IMG/VR virus record: IMGVR_UViG_3300033145_001595 | Span: 38,929 to 102,928 of that record | Length of the DNA: 64,000 nt | Strand: one strand, 5' to 3' | DNA from: a virus | Shown here: piece by piece, positions 48,943 through 59,181 of the stretch | How the letters are laid out: each line of letters starts with the position of its first letter | How positions within the stretch are numbered: position 1 is the stretch's first letter | Notes under the pieces: model-generated | What the model was told of the DNA's origin: nothing | The model's input: only the letters and a program-made list of their open reading frames with translations | Databases searched by the model: none | Made by a program: the position numbers and the translations under genes

Positions 48943-49485
48943 ATGGCAAACCAAATAGACATTACTGGACAACGCTTTGGTAAATTGGTTGCACTTGAAC
49001 GCTTTCGGCACCCTACAAATCCCAAAGGAAAATGTAAATGGCTTTGCAAATGCGACTGTGGGGTCGAAAAAAAGATTACTCTTCACCACCTTACAAGCGG
49101 TGCCACAAAAAGTTGTAGTTGCTTGAGAAGAAAACCCCAAGCCCCAGAACGATGGGTTTGGTCGTCCTACAAAGCCAACGCGAAAAAGAGGAAAAAAGAA
49201 TTTACTATTCCACTTGAAACATTTGCCTATTTGCTTCACCAACCATGTTTTTACTGTGGTAAAGAACCTGCCCAACTTATTCCAATTACTTACTACAAAA
49301 AAAAGAAGCTTGTTTACAATGGTATTGATAGATACGATAACTCCAAAGGTTACATTACCAACAATTGCGTACCATGCTGCAAACAATGCAACTATGGAAA
49401 ACAAGAATTCTCTGCAAAAGAGTTTCTTGACCATATTAAACGTATCTATAATCATTTTAATCTTTCCTCAAGCTGTATCAAATAA
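48943..49485 (+). CDS. Free-standing HNH homing endonuclease, antisense to the late operon
   Basis: DITGQRFGKLV, CKCDCG, SCSC, PCFYCG, NGIDRYDNSKGY...NCVPCCKQCN. Confidence 0.85.
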   Translation: MANQIDITGQRFGKLVALERFRHPTNPKGKCKWLCKCDCGVEKKITLHHLTSGATKSCSCLRRKPQAPERWVWSSYKANAKKRKKEFTIPLETFAYLLHQPCFYCGKEPAQLIPITYYKKKKLVYNGIDRYDNSKGYITNNCVPCCKQCNYGKQEFSAKEFLDHIKRIYNHFNLSSSCIK

Positions 49486-50601
49486 ACCAAGACTAACTAA
49501 TGCATCAACAATATCACTAAAATTTGCCCAATTATTAAAATTTGCTTTAGCTCTCTGATTAACAGGAGTCGCACTAAAAAATCCAACAGTACCACCATCA
49601 TGGTTTAAAGCACCCGTCATATTTACATCTTTAATAAATAGATCACCATCCTTATCCCATTCAAATAATGTTGCTACAAGTATTTTTGCAGTTGCTAATG
49701 TAACAGCACCGGGGGCACTCACTCTACTGCGTAAAATCTTAATCCAATACCCTGTATCACCAGTACCCCCCGCAGGGTCTTCACTAGACCAATCTGTCAA
49801 TGTACCACTTGACCAACGTATTAATCCATCTTGTTTCCCACCATCTGTATCATCAGCGGGATAAAATTGTACCCATGCGGGACTACTATCATAATACCAA
49901 AACGTAAATTTTTCATCTTTCGTAGCAGCGACTGTAAAAAGTAATTCAAGTTCATCAAACTTATCCGCATTTCCTACTAAAATACCATCCCCATTACTTA
50001 CCCAAATACTTTGACCATCAATGTTATCTGTGTACGTAGGACCAGAGGTCAACCGACAAGCGTAGTTTGCGCCGGGAGAGGCCAGAGCACCCGAATGCTG
50101 GTGAACAGGAGCTATCCCCGCATGAACACCTATTCCCGATACACTTCCTGCAAGCACCCCTGAGATAGCAACATCCACTCCATGCACATCTGAAGATGCG
50201 TCAAGTGCAGCTACATTTAAAACAATATTATTGGCAGTATACTCTGCCTTTACTTCTGAACCTGTCGTAAATCTAGTTGTCATGTATCCTTCTACAATAT
50301 CCAAAGCTTGCTCACCAACTGGCATGACAAGTCGAAGGCCCTCTAAGTCAGGATTATTTGTTACATCCACTCCAGACAAATTAACAGCTATCCCCCTAAT
50401 TCGAGTATCAACCCCACTCGGATCAAGATTATCACCTGTTACTCTTAAACCTACCCAATGCACACCAGCACCAATAGCTACACTTGCACCAATATCAATA
50501 ACTCGATTTGTTGCTCCCGCTAAAGTACCAGATTCAAATATTTGAGCAGCAGTCCAAGTATAAGATTTATCAGGATTAACGCCGTCAGGATCAAGGTACA
50601 T
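49468..50601 (-). CDS. Putative fibre/structural protein
   Basis: GGAGGAG RBS before MYLDPDG. Gly/Ala/Val beta-rich. C-terminal VGFFSATPV...DALVSLGL is typical of virion fibre ends. Confidence 0.6.
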   Translation of the reverse strand: MYLDPDGVNPDKSYTWTAAQIFESGTLAGATNRVIDIGASVAIGAGVHWVGLRVTGDNLDPSGVDTRIRGIAVNLSGVDVTNNPDLEGLRLVMPVGEQALDIVEGYMTTRFTTGSEVKAEYTANNIVLNVAALDASSDVHGVDVAISGVLAGSVSGIGVHAGIAPVHQHSGALASPGANYACRLTSGPTYTDNIDGQSIWVSNGDGILVGNADKFDELELLFTVAATKDEKFTFWYYDSSPAWVQFYPADDTDGGKQDGLIRWSSGTLTDWSSEDPAGGTGDTGYWIKILRSRVSAPGAVTLATAKILVATLFEWDKDGDLFIKDVNMTGALNHDGGTVGFFSATPVNQRAKANFNNWANFSDIVDALVSLGLFDTA

Positions 50602-50839
50602 TATTCTCCTCCCACTCAATAGTAATAAACCCCCGCTTATCCGGCCCATCCTCAAGCTTTACATTAAGAATACCCTTATCTAATGGAATGCCAACAAATT
50701 CTGCGGCACTCACTAATTGTTTACGCAATCCATCAAGACGTTTTTGTGCATCTTGTACTACTGCATTCAATTCAGGATAAATTGCCAACCACGTAGCCAA
50801 TTTTAATGCTTGCTCGTACGGTATTTGCTTAGTAGCCAT
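50591..50839 (-). CDS. Hypothetical protein
   Basis: GGAGG RBS before MATKQ. Confidence 0.5.
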   Translation of the reverse strand: MATKQIPYEQALKLATWLAIYPELNAVVQDAQKRLDGLRKQLVSAAEFVGIPLDKGILNVKLEDGPDKRGFITIEWEENNVP

Positions 50840-50980
50840 CAACCCCGCCTCCATCGCCTATTCAGAAATCTTAACCATAACTTCGGTACACCATGACGCG
50901 CCCAAACACCAGCCCAAACACCTAATCCAAATGCGATAAATACACCTGCAATTTCCATAAACTCTTTCATAATCATTCCC

Positions 50981-51023
50981 CAAAAAGAAAACCCCATGCT
51001 GGCCGGATAGAGCCAACATGGGG
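50981..51023 (-). terminator. Intrinsic terminator at the head of the late operon
   Basis: 12-bp stem CCCCATGTTGGC/GCCAGCATGGGG followed by TTTTCTTTTT. Confidence 0.7.
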
Positions 51024-51106
51024 CATCATCTCGACTGCTCTACTACCGCCGCTAATTAGTATAGCATATAGATAGTAGTAAGACCAACAAAAACCAAGAT
51101 ATATGC

Positions 51107-52408
51107 TTATTCTTGATTAATTTCAGTATTATTTAATTGTGCCATTTCCTCATACTGTTCAACATCCCACGAATGTCCATTTATACAAGTTTCTGTAATA
51201 CGAAGCCTCCATTTCCAAAAGCCATCTTTCGCTCCATCAAGAATACAATCACGAACTGACTTCTCACGTACAGCACCACATACTGGACATTTTCTTGGTT
51301 CCATTACTCACCCCCTTTATCATCCCACTCCTGTGCAATTTTAGAATGTGACTTCCACTGCCAATCACCAGTATCGGAAGCATACTCAGCATAACCTAAT
51401 TCCGCAGCATTACTTTTCATAGCATTATTACCATACGAATAACCAACACAAAAAATAAATACAGCCATAAAAAGAACAATTGCTATTTCAGCCCAAATAT
51501 CACGAATATATTCAGCATATTCATTCATTCTATCATCACCTTTTCTTAACAATAGCATTAAGACGACTCATACAAAAAGCAACTCCCCAAAGACCGGGCG
51601 TAAAGGCTGCCATTACAACGCCGAAGAATATGTAAAAATCAGAGGCAAACACATCCTCAGAAAAAGCGTAATTAATAGCACATATCCCAAAGACAGTAAG
51701 AAGAAGCCCAACAACAATACACAAAGCCTGCACAGCCGTAAAAAACAAACCTGTTACACGATTCTCCCAAGTGGGGCCATTATACCTTGTCATTTTACTT
51801 ACCTTTCTATATTACTTATTTAGAATCCAAACCAACAGTCAAAATAGCCGGATTAAGCACACCATTCGACTTATTAGCTTCTTCTCCCTCATGGCTAACC
51901 TGTTGTTTTACATTCCACCACTTACGAAATTCATCACCACGCGGATGAAAATATGCAATCCACTGAGCTACACATCCTGCCATAAATCCAGTAATGCCAA
52001 ATCCATTCATTTCCTTTTCTGACTGTTCACAAGTTTTACCTAAATCCAAAGCCTTGCCAACAGCAACAGTTGCCTTAACTACACCATAACCATAATCATC
52101 ACGATTATTATTTACAACTTCTACCCATTCCTGTTCCATGCCTTCTTTAACGGTCAAATGCTCATCCATTTTACTTACCTTTCTACTTTATCACTAGTTG
52201 GGACTTCCCCATATTCTTCCCCATAATACCCATCAAGAACTTTATGAATTCTGCCAAGAAGTTCCGGCACGTCCTCCATTTCTTGTTCTATTTGCTTATC
52301 CATTAAATTTATAGAACTGTCTACATCAACTGATTGATAAGCTGTCTGAATTCTCTCCAACTTAATCAAAGCATCCAATAAAGACGACGCCAAATTACTA
52401 TTACCCAT
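51107..52408 (-). CDS. Cluster of five small hypothetical genes (51107-51304, 51304-51527, 51536-51793, 51816-52169, 52175-52408), two with TM helices
   Basis: Closely packed, co-oriented ORFs with RBSs. Confidence 0.55.
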
Positions 52409-52442
52409 AACACCCTTCTCCTTTTCTAACTTTATTATAAAA

Positions 52443-52531
52443 TGGTGGGCAAGGTGGGATTCGAACCCACACGGAGGATTGTCCCCCGGCGGCTTTTAAG
52501 GCCGCTGTCTCTGCCTTTTGACCACTCGCCC
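52443..52531 (-). tRNA. tRNA-Leu(TAA)
   Basis: Acceptor GGGCGAG/CTTGCCC, anticodon arm GCGGC-CTTAAAA-GCCGC, long variable arm, GGTTCGAATCC, encoded CCA. Confidence 0.92.
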
Positions 52532-52535
52532 ATAT

Positions 52536-52613
52536 TGGTGCATGAGGCGGGACTTGAACCCGCAACCTACAGATTAAAAGTCTGTTGCTCTTATCCAATT
52601 GAGCTACTCATGC
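52536..52613 (-). tRNA. tRNA-Lys(TTT)
   Basis: Acceptor GCATGAG/CTCATGC, anticodon arm ACAGA-CTTTTAA-TCTGT, GGTTCAAGTCC, encoded CCA. Confidence 0.93.
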
Positions 52614-52820
52614 TTAGACATATCCACTTCATAAAAAGGGCCATTTCCCTTACGCAAACTACAAAAAGGTATCCAACCCCCATCCCTTAATAGACATAAA
52701 GAATACGCATCATACATCACTCGCATCTGATAAACAGTCTTTAAAATAGTTTCATCTCTTACTCCCCCACCATGCTGAAGAACTTCTATAGCTTCATCAA
52801 AATCTAACGGAGTTATATCT

Positions 52821-53513
52821 TCATGCCCCATTTTCTTTTTCCTCCTTTGCCCTTTTACAAATATTATAAATAGTTGACGCCGACCAAGGGCCACCACTCC
52901 TATTAAAAATTCCAACCATATTAAGATTATCCACAATTTCCCTATAGGTACAACCCCTTTTCCTCATATCCAAAATACGTGACACCGTACCCACCTCTCC
53001 CTCTTTTGCACCAAAAGGCTTACGCCCTTCACATCTACCAGTTTCTCGCTTCTTAGCCTCTCTAGCAATACGCAACTTTTTAACAAGCATGGACTTTTCA
53101 AGTTCTGCAAACACAGCCTGAATTTGAATCAATGCCCGCTTCATAGGATCGGACATATAAGCCTCAGTTACGTTTTCTCCTGTATCCGCAACCATCAGAG
53201 TTACCTTGTGGGCAGCAAGCCACATAATAGCCTGCTCCTGCACAATAACAGACCTAGCTAGCCTATCAAGCCTCTCAACAACGATAATACGCACACCGTT
53301 CAAACTGGCTATCATCTGACCAAATCCCGGCCTATCCAAAGCATCACACGTTCCGGTGTGTACATCTTCAAAAGTTTCTGTAATATGTATATGCCTAAGA
53401 GCAGCAAACTTATTTATACCATAAATCTGCCGATCAAAACCATTTCCAGCTTCTTGTCCCTTACCACTTACTCTAATATAAGCAAATGCTTTTTCCATCT
53501 CTTGTTCTGACAT
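52821..53513 (-). CDS. Serine recombinase (resolvase/invertase family)
   Basis: YIRVS catalytic motif, RPGF, ERLDRLARS, GRKPFG, C-terminal HTH-like region. Confidence 0.9.
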   Translation of the reverse strand: MSEQEMEKAFAYIRVSGKGQEAGNGFDRQIYGINKFAALRHIHITETFEDVHTGTCDALDRPGFGQMIASLNGVRIIVVERLDRLARSVIVQEQAIMWLAAHKVTLMVADTGENVTEAYMSDPMKRALIQIQAVFAELEKSMLVKKLRIAREAKKRETGRCEGRKPFGAKEGEVGTVSRILDMRKRGCTYREIVDNLNMVGIFNRSGGPWSASTIYNICKRAKEEKENGA

Positions 53514-53550
53514 AATCCACTCCCTTTCTTTGTTTCAGGGTTACTATAGT

Positions 53551-53580
53551 ATTATACCTATACATCCCAGGAAGTGTCAG
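53551..53580 (-). promoter_or_regulatory. Sigma70-like promoter for the recombinase
   Basis: CTGACA-N18-TATAAT upstream of the AAGGGAG RBS. Confidence 0.55.
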
Positions 53581-54115
53581 GATTTTCCCCATTTTTATCA
53601 CTTTTAGAAAATTTATAATATTCTTGCAGTAACCCATCCAATTCTTTATCTCCAGATTGAAACTTAATATTAGAAAGGTTCCCCAAAACTGTTTCTTGCC
53701 CACCTAACAAATCTATTGATCGCAAACTCATCTTAGCACCACAAATCTTATAACCTTCTTCCCAACTTTCATTTTTACCAGTATTAGACATTTTATTAGC
53801 AAGTCTACTAACAAGTTTCCAAAAAGTAAACCTATACGCTTCTCTTATTCCATCCACTGTATGCACATTTTGAATTAACAACTCAAATGCTTGCAATATA
53901 GTTATAGTATAATCTGCCCACTCATCACTACTTGGCTCTCTGCTCAACGTAGCAAATGAAGTAAGCTCATCCATTATTTTACTTATTTCATTAGCAACCT
54001 CTTGATTTGCAGCATTTTGCAAACCTTCCCCATCAGAATTTTCCTTCTTCTTTTTAGAATCATCATCCTTCCCATAGTCCTTATCAGGGTCAAGCTCCAT
54101 ATTATTATAATCCAT
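53558..54115 (-). CDS. Hypothetical protein
   Basis: Long ORF with AAGGTAGG RBS before MDYNN. Confidence 0.55.
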   Translation of the reverse strand: MDYNNMELDPDKDYGKDDDSKKKKENSDGEGLQNAANQEVANEISKIMDELTSFATLSREPSSDEWADYTITILQAFELLIQNVHTVDGIREAYRFTFWKLVSRLANKMSNTGKNESWEEGYKICGAKMSLRSIDLLGGQETVLGNLSNIKFQSGDKELDGLLQEYYKFSKSDKNGENPDTSWDV

Positions 54116-54191
54116 AAATTGCCTACCTTTCCTTGTTACAGGTGTCATTTGTATTCTATCTTATTATACACATGAAGCACCCAAATAGGCA

Positions 54192-54623
54192 CTACCTATA
54201 CTTTCTATGCCGATTAGGAGAACTCAAAGCCCTACGAAGCCTACGCCTAGCATTTCTAAGTATAGTAATAGCCTTTCTATACCTCCTACGCTCCCTTGCG
54301 GAAAGATATTTTATCTCTATATCAAAATTTTCCATTTCCGCAATAACAGACTTAGCATTCGTCAAACCCCTAATAAATGAATTCTTTTTATGCACACAAG
54401 TAAAAGAAGAATCATCATATGAAAGAACAAACCTATTTGGCACACGACAATTTAATGGACACCCAATACAATTACGTAAATATTTTTTACAAAAAGCACA
54501 CACACCTTTAGAAGCTACAATATTTTTTATCTTTAAACTCTCAATTATCATTTCAACGTCTTTACACTTAACTTTAATCCTATGTTCACCAACACCCTTC
54601 TCTCTATGAATTGTAATCCACAT
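54192..54623 (-). CDS. MWIT-family Cys-rich paralogue 1
   Basis: MWITI...RIKVK..DVEM...CxxC...CxGCPL...RALxSPNRHRKY. Confidence 0.7.
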   Translation of the reverse strand: MWITIHREKGVGEHRIKVKCKDVEMIIESLKIKNIVASKGVCAFCKKYLRNCIGCPLNCRVPNRFVLSYDDSSFTCVHKKNSFIRGLTNAKSVIAEMENFDIEIKYLSARERRRYRKAITILRNARRRLRRALSSPNRHRKYR

Positions 54624-54624
54624 T

Positions 54625-55092
54625 TTAATTATACTTTCTATGCCGATTAGGAGACTTCAAAGCTCTACGAAGCCTACGCCGGGCAGAATTAAGTGTACTA
54701 ACAGCCTCAAGATGTTTATTTATTAAATCCCACTCACCATGCAAAGCACACTCATTAAAAACCTTGTTTGACAACAAAATATCATCTCTAGCCCTTGTAG
54801 TATTCCAAATAAAAGAACCTTCAACATGAACACAAGCACTCACATATTCACCCACTCTATTACCCAAAAATACCTCATGCACATTATAAAAAAGAGGACA
54901 TCCTACACATCCTTGTTTATAATCCAAACCTTCAGAATACTTCTTACACAATGGACACACACTCTCAATACTTTCAACACTTGCCACTCTAATAGCTTTT
55001 ACTGTTAAACTATCAAGAATCATTTCAACATCTTCACGCTTAACCCTAATTCGTTCCTCAAATTCCTTAGTACTATTAATTGTAATCCACAT
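54625..55092 (-). CDS. MWIT-family Cys-rich paralogue 2
   Basis: Same motif set as paralogue 1. Confidence 0.7.
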   Translation of the reverse strand: MWITINSTKEFEERIRVKREDVEMILDSLTVKAIRVASVESIESVCPLCKKYSEGLDYKQGCVGCPLFYNVHEVFLGNRVGEYVSACVHVEGSFIWNTTRARDDILLSNKVFNECALHGEWDLINKHLEAVSTLNSARRRLRRALKSPNRHRKYN

Positions 55093-55093
55093 T

Positions 55094-55555
55094 TTAATAC
55101 TTTCTATTTCTTCCGGGATGCTTCAAAGCTCGGTACAACTTCTTACGCAAATTAGACAAATCACGAATAGCCTTAACTTGCGAACCATCTGCTTCCCCAC
55201 CAGTACCATTATATTTAGTATAAGTAAATGCATCAAACTCACGCACAGCCTTTGTAATTTCATATGACAATGAACCTTTAACATGCAAACATACAAAAAC
55301 ATCAATATTCCTATTCGGATTATTAGGATTCGGTATTGAATCAACTATATCTAAAGGACAGCCAAAACATGAAAAACCATTTTTCTTATTTACTCTATGC
55401 TCATACTTATTACACAATGAACATCTACTCTTCCCACTTTTATAAGCAGCTACAATATTCTTTATCCTAAGAGAATCAATAACCATTTCAACATCTTCAC
55501 GCTTAACTCTAATCCTATGCTCAAAATCCTTCGTCCTATACACTGTCATCCACAT
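55094..55555 (-). CDS. MWIT-family Cys-rich paralogue 3
   Basis: Same motif set as paralogue 1. Confidence 0.7.
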   Translation of the reverse strand: MWMTVYRTKDFEHRIRVKREDVEMVIDSLRIKNIVAAYKSGKSRCSLCNKYEHRVNKKNGFSCFGCPLDIVDSIPNPNNPNRNIDVFVCLHVKGSLSYEITKAVREFDAFTYTKYNGTGGEADGSQVKAIRDLSNLRKKLYRALKHPGRNRKY

Positions 55556-55624
55556 TTTACTGTACCATCCTTTCTACTATATTATACACATGAAAAGTAC
55601 AACAATTAGTGTTATAAAAAAGAA

Positions 55625-55918
55625 CTACTCTAGAAAATCCTTTTTTTCAACTAATCTTTTTCTCAGTAACTCACACTTATGCTCCAATGCACGATACTTA
55701 CTTCTCATAGCACGTAAATCCACACCATGCTTATATTTATCACCAGTCCCCCAACATTCATCACATACATCACCCGTAATCATACAACCACCAACACCAC
55801 CCGACCATGTTGAAGTAGATGCATAACTATGCCTACCAGAACCCTGACATTTATCACACGGTATATCAATTCCCCGCCACGACAACATCCTTTGCCAACA
55901 ATCTTCACTAGTTAACAT
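55625..55918 (-). CDS. DnaJ-type zinc-finger small protein
   Basis: CDKCQGSG and CDECWGTG. Confidence 0.65.
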   Translation of the reverse strand: MLTSEDCWQRMLSWRGIDIPCDKCQGSGRHSYASTSTWSGGVGGCMITGDVCDECWGTGDKYKHGVDLRAMRSKYRALEHKCELLRKRLVEKKDFLE

Positions 55919-55936
55919 ATTATCTTTTTATCCCCA

Positions 55937-58305
55937 CTACTCTGGAAAATCCTTTTTTCTAGCGTTACTATAACCCCTTTCAAGAATATCAAGTATTTGA
56001 TCTACCCTAATACGAGCACTAAGCAAATACTCTTTCAAAATAGACCATTCAGACTTAGAAAGAAGAATATCATAATGAAGAAAACGAAATAACCTATATT
56101 CAGCAATACCTGTATTAACTGCCACTTCATAAAGTAAATCCTTATCATCAAAAATTTGTAGAGCAGACTTAACATTAACATTTATCAAAGCTTTTTCACG
56201 TTTTTTATTCTTTCCAGATACCCTTACCATATTCACCTACCCCCTTACCCTATCATAGGAGTATATTTGTGTAAAATAGCATCAAATGCACTATCACATA
56301 TTCCTACAATCCGGCGTAATTCTGAAAGAGGTACATCAGCGGGTGCATTCTTATACAAAGATATAATTATATCTGCCTCAAAATCATTCAAAGCCGTATC
56401 CCGTGCTTCTTGAAGCTCATTTTCAGTAAAACAACTATCATTACTTATTTTCTTTTCTGTATCCATTACCCACCTACCCCTTTCGTAACATCATAACCTT
56501 GCATTTCCTCATATGCAAGCAAAGCCCCCCATAAAGACTTATAATTTAATAATATAGCTTGGTGTGCAATATATGCTTCCCTTTCTGCTTTATCTGCCAA
56601 TTCCTTTCTACGAACTTTATCAAGAACACATCTCTTAGCTAAATGCATTGCATCTACCGACTTGCGAAAATGCATAAGTAATTCTTCAAATTCTGTCAGA
56701 CCAAGAGCAACTTCTTTCTTGGACTTAGACACCACAGATGGCCTAGGCCCTTTACACAATGGCGTACAATTTAAACTATCTCTACGCATCACCTACCCCC
56801 TTTTATTCTGGCCACAAATCACCCGCAGACGCATTACCTTCATTTTCTTCAAATTCTTTAACTATCTTTTTTAACTGAACTACCTCAGCCTTAACTTTAT
56901 CTATTTTATTTTTTAACTTCGTAGCTATCTGTATCCATTCCTCAACAAAACCTTTTACTTGAACAATATGCTCATTCAAAAACTCCTCTTTTGCACAAAC
57001 ACTACAATACTTCTGCCCATCACCACGCATTTTAAGACACGCTGCCGGATGCCCGCAGATTTGCACAATAACCTGCAACCGCAACTGTTCAACCTCAGTC
57101 TTTAACACGTCACGCTCACGTTCAAGCACACCAACCCAACACTTCTCAGTATGGCCCCCTTCATCCCCCCCGCCACAGAAGGGGCATGTCCCGTTGCCCA
57201 CGTCATAATCCGCCAACTCCACCAGCCGGTCGCAGACGGCGTCGAGAAGATCGAACCTCCATCTAGGGTCGCCATCGTGGTAGACTTGGCTCAGCTCCGC
57301 CGCCTTCGGGCACACCTCCGCCAGCCGCGTCTCATCAAGTTCATTTTCACCCATTATTATCTTCTTTCATACCTTTCCTAAATTTAATAACTATATCAAC
57401 ACTAGTAAGTATAAAAGCAAAAATAAACACTGTTAAAATCATACTAATACCCGCAGAAATAAGATCAGTAACAACTTGACTAACAGGAGTATGATAAAGA
57501 TAACCGGGATGAACAAACATAGCCGTGGGTAAGTCCATTGTTATTTCTCCTTTAATTTATCATTAAGCCATTGAAGAACAATAGCACGAATAGAATCTTT
57601 TGCTGCTTCTTCAGCAAGAAATATCTTTTTAATATTCTCCAACGTATAATAACCATCACCCGGTTCAATCGTCACTGATTCCAAAACACGTACATTCATT
57701 AAAGCTTCAAGGTACAAAGGAAAATCTTCTGTACTCCTAATATAAACATCAAACTCCCTACAATGCGCATTACAAAGCCGAACAGACACACCACCAGCAA
57801 GATTATATGACTCTCCAAACGTATTACATAACTCACACATTGTCTTTCTCCTTTTCTTCTGTTTCTACATCAGAAATCTTCTCTTGCCGACCCCTAATTG
57901 CAATTGAATGTGTAACCCCAAGCATAAGACCCAAAACAAGTATAAGAGGCCACACTAACATAGGCGCAATCTTATCTACATCGGGTAACGGTGACACAGG
58001 CTCTTTCCTACTCGCCAATCCTACAACTATTGCTCCAATAATCAAATACACTAACACACTTATAATCCATATCCACATTGTTATTTCTCCTCTTCCTTAT
58101 GTTCTTCTTTTATAATAACTCCAAATTCACAAGCATCACAAACAATACCATGTTCATCTTCACACTGGTCATTTACTGTAAAATAAGCATCCAACAAATG
58201 CCATCCAAATGGACAAAATAACTTACGCCATATAGCCAATACAAAACGATTACTCAGAATACCAGGGTAGGTCACACGCACTAAACTTGGATCAAAGTAT
58301 TTCAT
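55937..58305 (-). CDS. Array of small hypothetical genes (55937-56236, 56245-56466, 56466-56792, 56803-57354, 57347-57538, 57541-57840, 57833-58078, 58081-58305)
   Basis: Tightly packed, co-oriented ORFs with RBSs. Confidence 0.55.
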
Positions 58306-58601
58306 TATTTTCTTTCTTCTTTACTATAATTATCAGCCAACATCATAAGAAGATTTGCTACATCGGCACATTCATTTTCCACGACACAACTTGAAGCCCG
58401 CATTGCAACGGCATAGTGTACTTCCACCAGTTCCTCTTTAGCGCGTTCAAGTAAATAGGCCACTGACATCGTACTCCATGCACCCTTATGCGCGTGCTTA
58501 TAGAGCTTTCGTAACATGGCTTGGCGAAAGTGTTCAGTGGTTGTCTTATAAAGCATCACATCGTTTGATGCCTGTCCGTCACCTTCATCAGGTCGCCCCA
58601 T
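58305..58601 (-). CDS. Putative MazG-like all-alpha NTP pyrophosphatase
   Basis: EELVEV...ECADVANLLMM (EExxE...ExxD pattern). Confidence 0.5.
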   Translation of the reverse strand: MGRPDEGDGQASNDVMLYKTTTEHFRQAMLRKLYKHAHKGAWSTMSVAYLLERAKEELVEVHYAVAMRASSCVVENECADVANLLMMLADNYSKEERK

Positions 58602-58626
58602 TATTTACTCCTTTCTTTACAAACAT

Positions 58627-58738
58627 TGGAGGGCCAGGATGGAATTGAACCACCTACCTTGTGTTCCTAACACACGCTCTAATAAGCAAGCGTCCTTGCA
58701 AATAAGTTGCGCAACTTATCTCATTGAGCTACTGGCCC
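58627..58738 (-). ncRNA. Atypical tRNA-like RNA (AGG loop triplet) with a hugely expanded D-arm
   Basis: Acceptor GGGCCAG/CTGGCCC, T arm GGTGG-TTCAATT-CCATC, CCA, and D-stem GCTC/GAGC enclosing about 46 nt with two hairpins. Confidence 0.75.
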
Positions 58739-58748
58739 TGTAATCTAT

Positions 58749-59153
58749 TTAATTATACTTTCTATGTCGATTAGGAGAATCCAAAGCTCGACTTAATTTA
58801 CGCCTAATATTTCTAAGACCACGAAGAGCTTTAGCATATGTACGCTTATTACAAAAAACATGTTCATTATAATCTGCAACATCTGCTCTACAATCTATAA
58901 TCTTTAAACCAAATGCAGACGCTTCACAAATAAGTTTATTTGACCAATCCTTTACAATTACATTAAGAGGACAACTCCCACAATTACCATCTCCTACAGT
59001 TCCCTCTGGATTATACTTTACACAAAGTGAACACTCTGAAGAAATCTTAATTTGTTCAACTGTCAAAGAATTCATCATTTCTTCAACATCTTCCCTTTTA
59101 ACCCTAATCCTAAGTTCTTTACCATTCTTCTTTTTATCAAGTGTAATCCACAT
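58749..59153 (-). CDS. MWIT-family Cys-rich paralogue 4
   Basis: MWITL...RIRVKREDVEEM...CSLC...CGSCPL...RALDSPNRHRKYN. Confidence 0.7.
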   Translation of the reverse strand: MWITLDKKKNGKELRIRVKREDVEEMMNSLTVEQIKISSECSLCVKYNPEGTVGDGNCGSCPLNVIVKDWSNKLICEASAFGLKIIDCRADVADYNEHVFCNKRTYAKALRGLRNIRRKLSRALDSPNRHRKYN

Positions 59154-59181
59154 TTTACAATTCTCCTATTTCTCTTTTCTA

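Noticed and set aside
48862-49455. 197-aa - strand ORF, or a group I intron around the HNH
   Set aside because: The ORF is the antisense shadow of the HNH gene, and only its last ~13 codons look meaningful. The HNH is antisense to the host transcript, the upstream gene already ends intact, and no intron core was recognised.
52401-52690. ORFs 52401-52598 (-) and 52442-52690 (+)
   Set aside because: They overlap the two clear tRNA genes.
58627-58738. Archaeal-type BHB intron or suppressor tRNA
   Set aside because: No bulge-helix-bulge is visible at the insert boundaries, and the centred loop triplet is AGG, not CTA/TTA/TCA.
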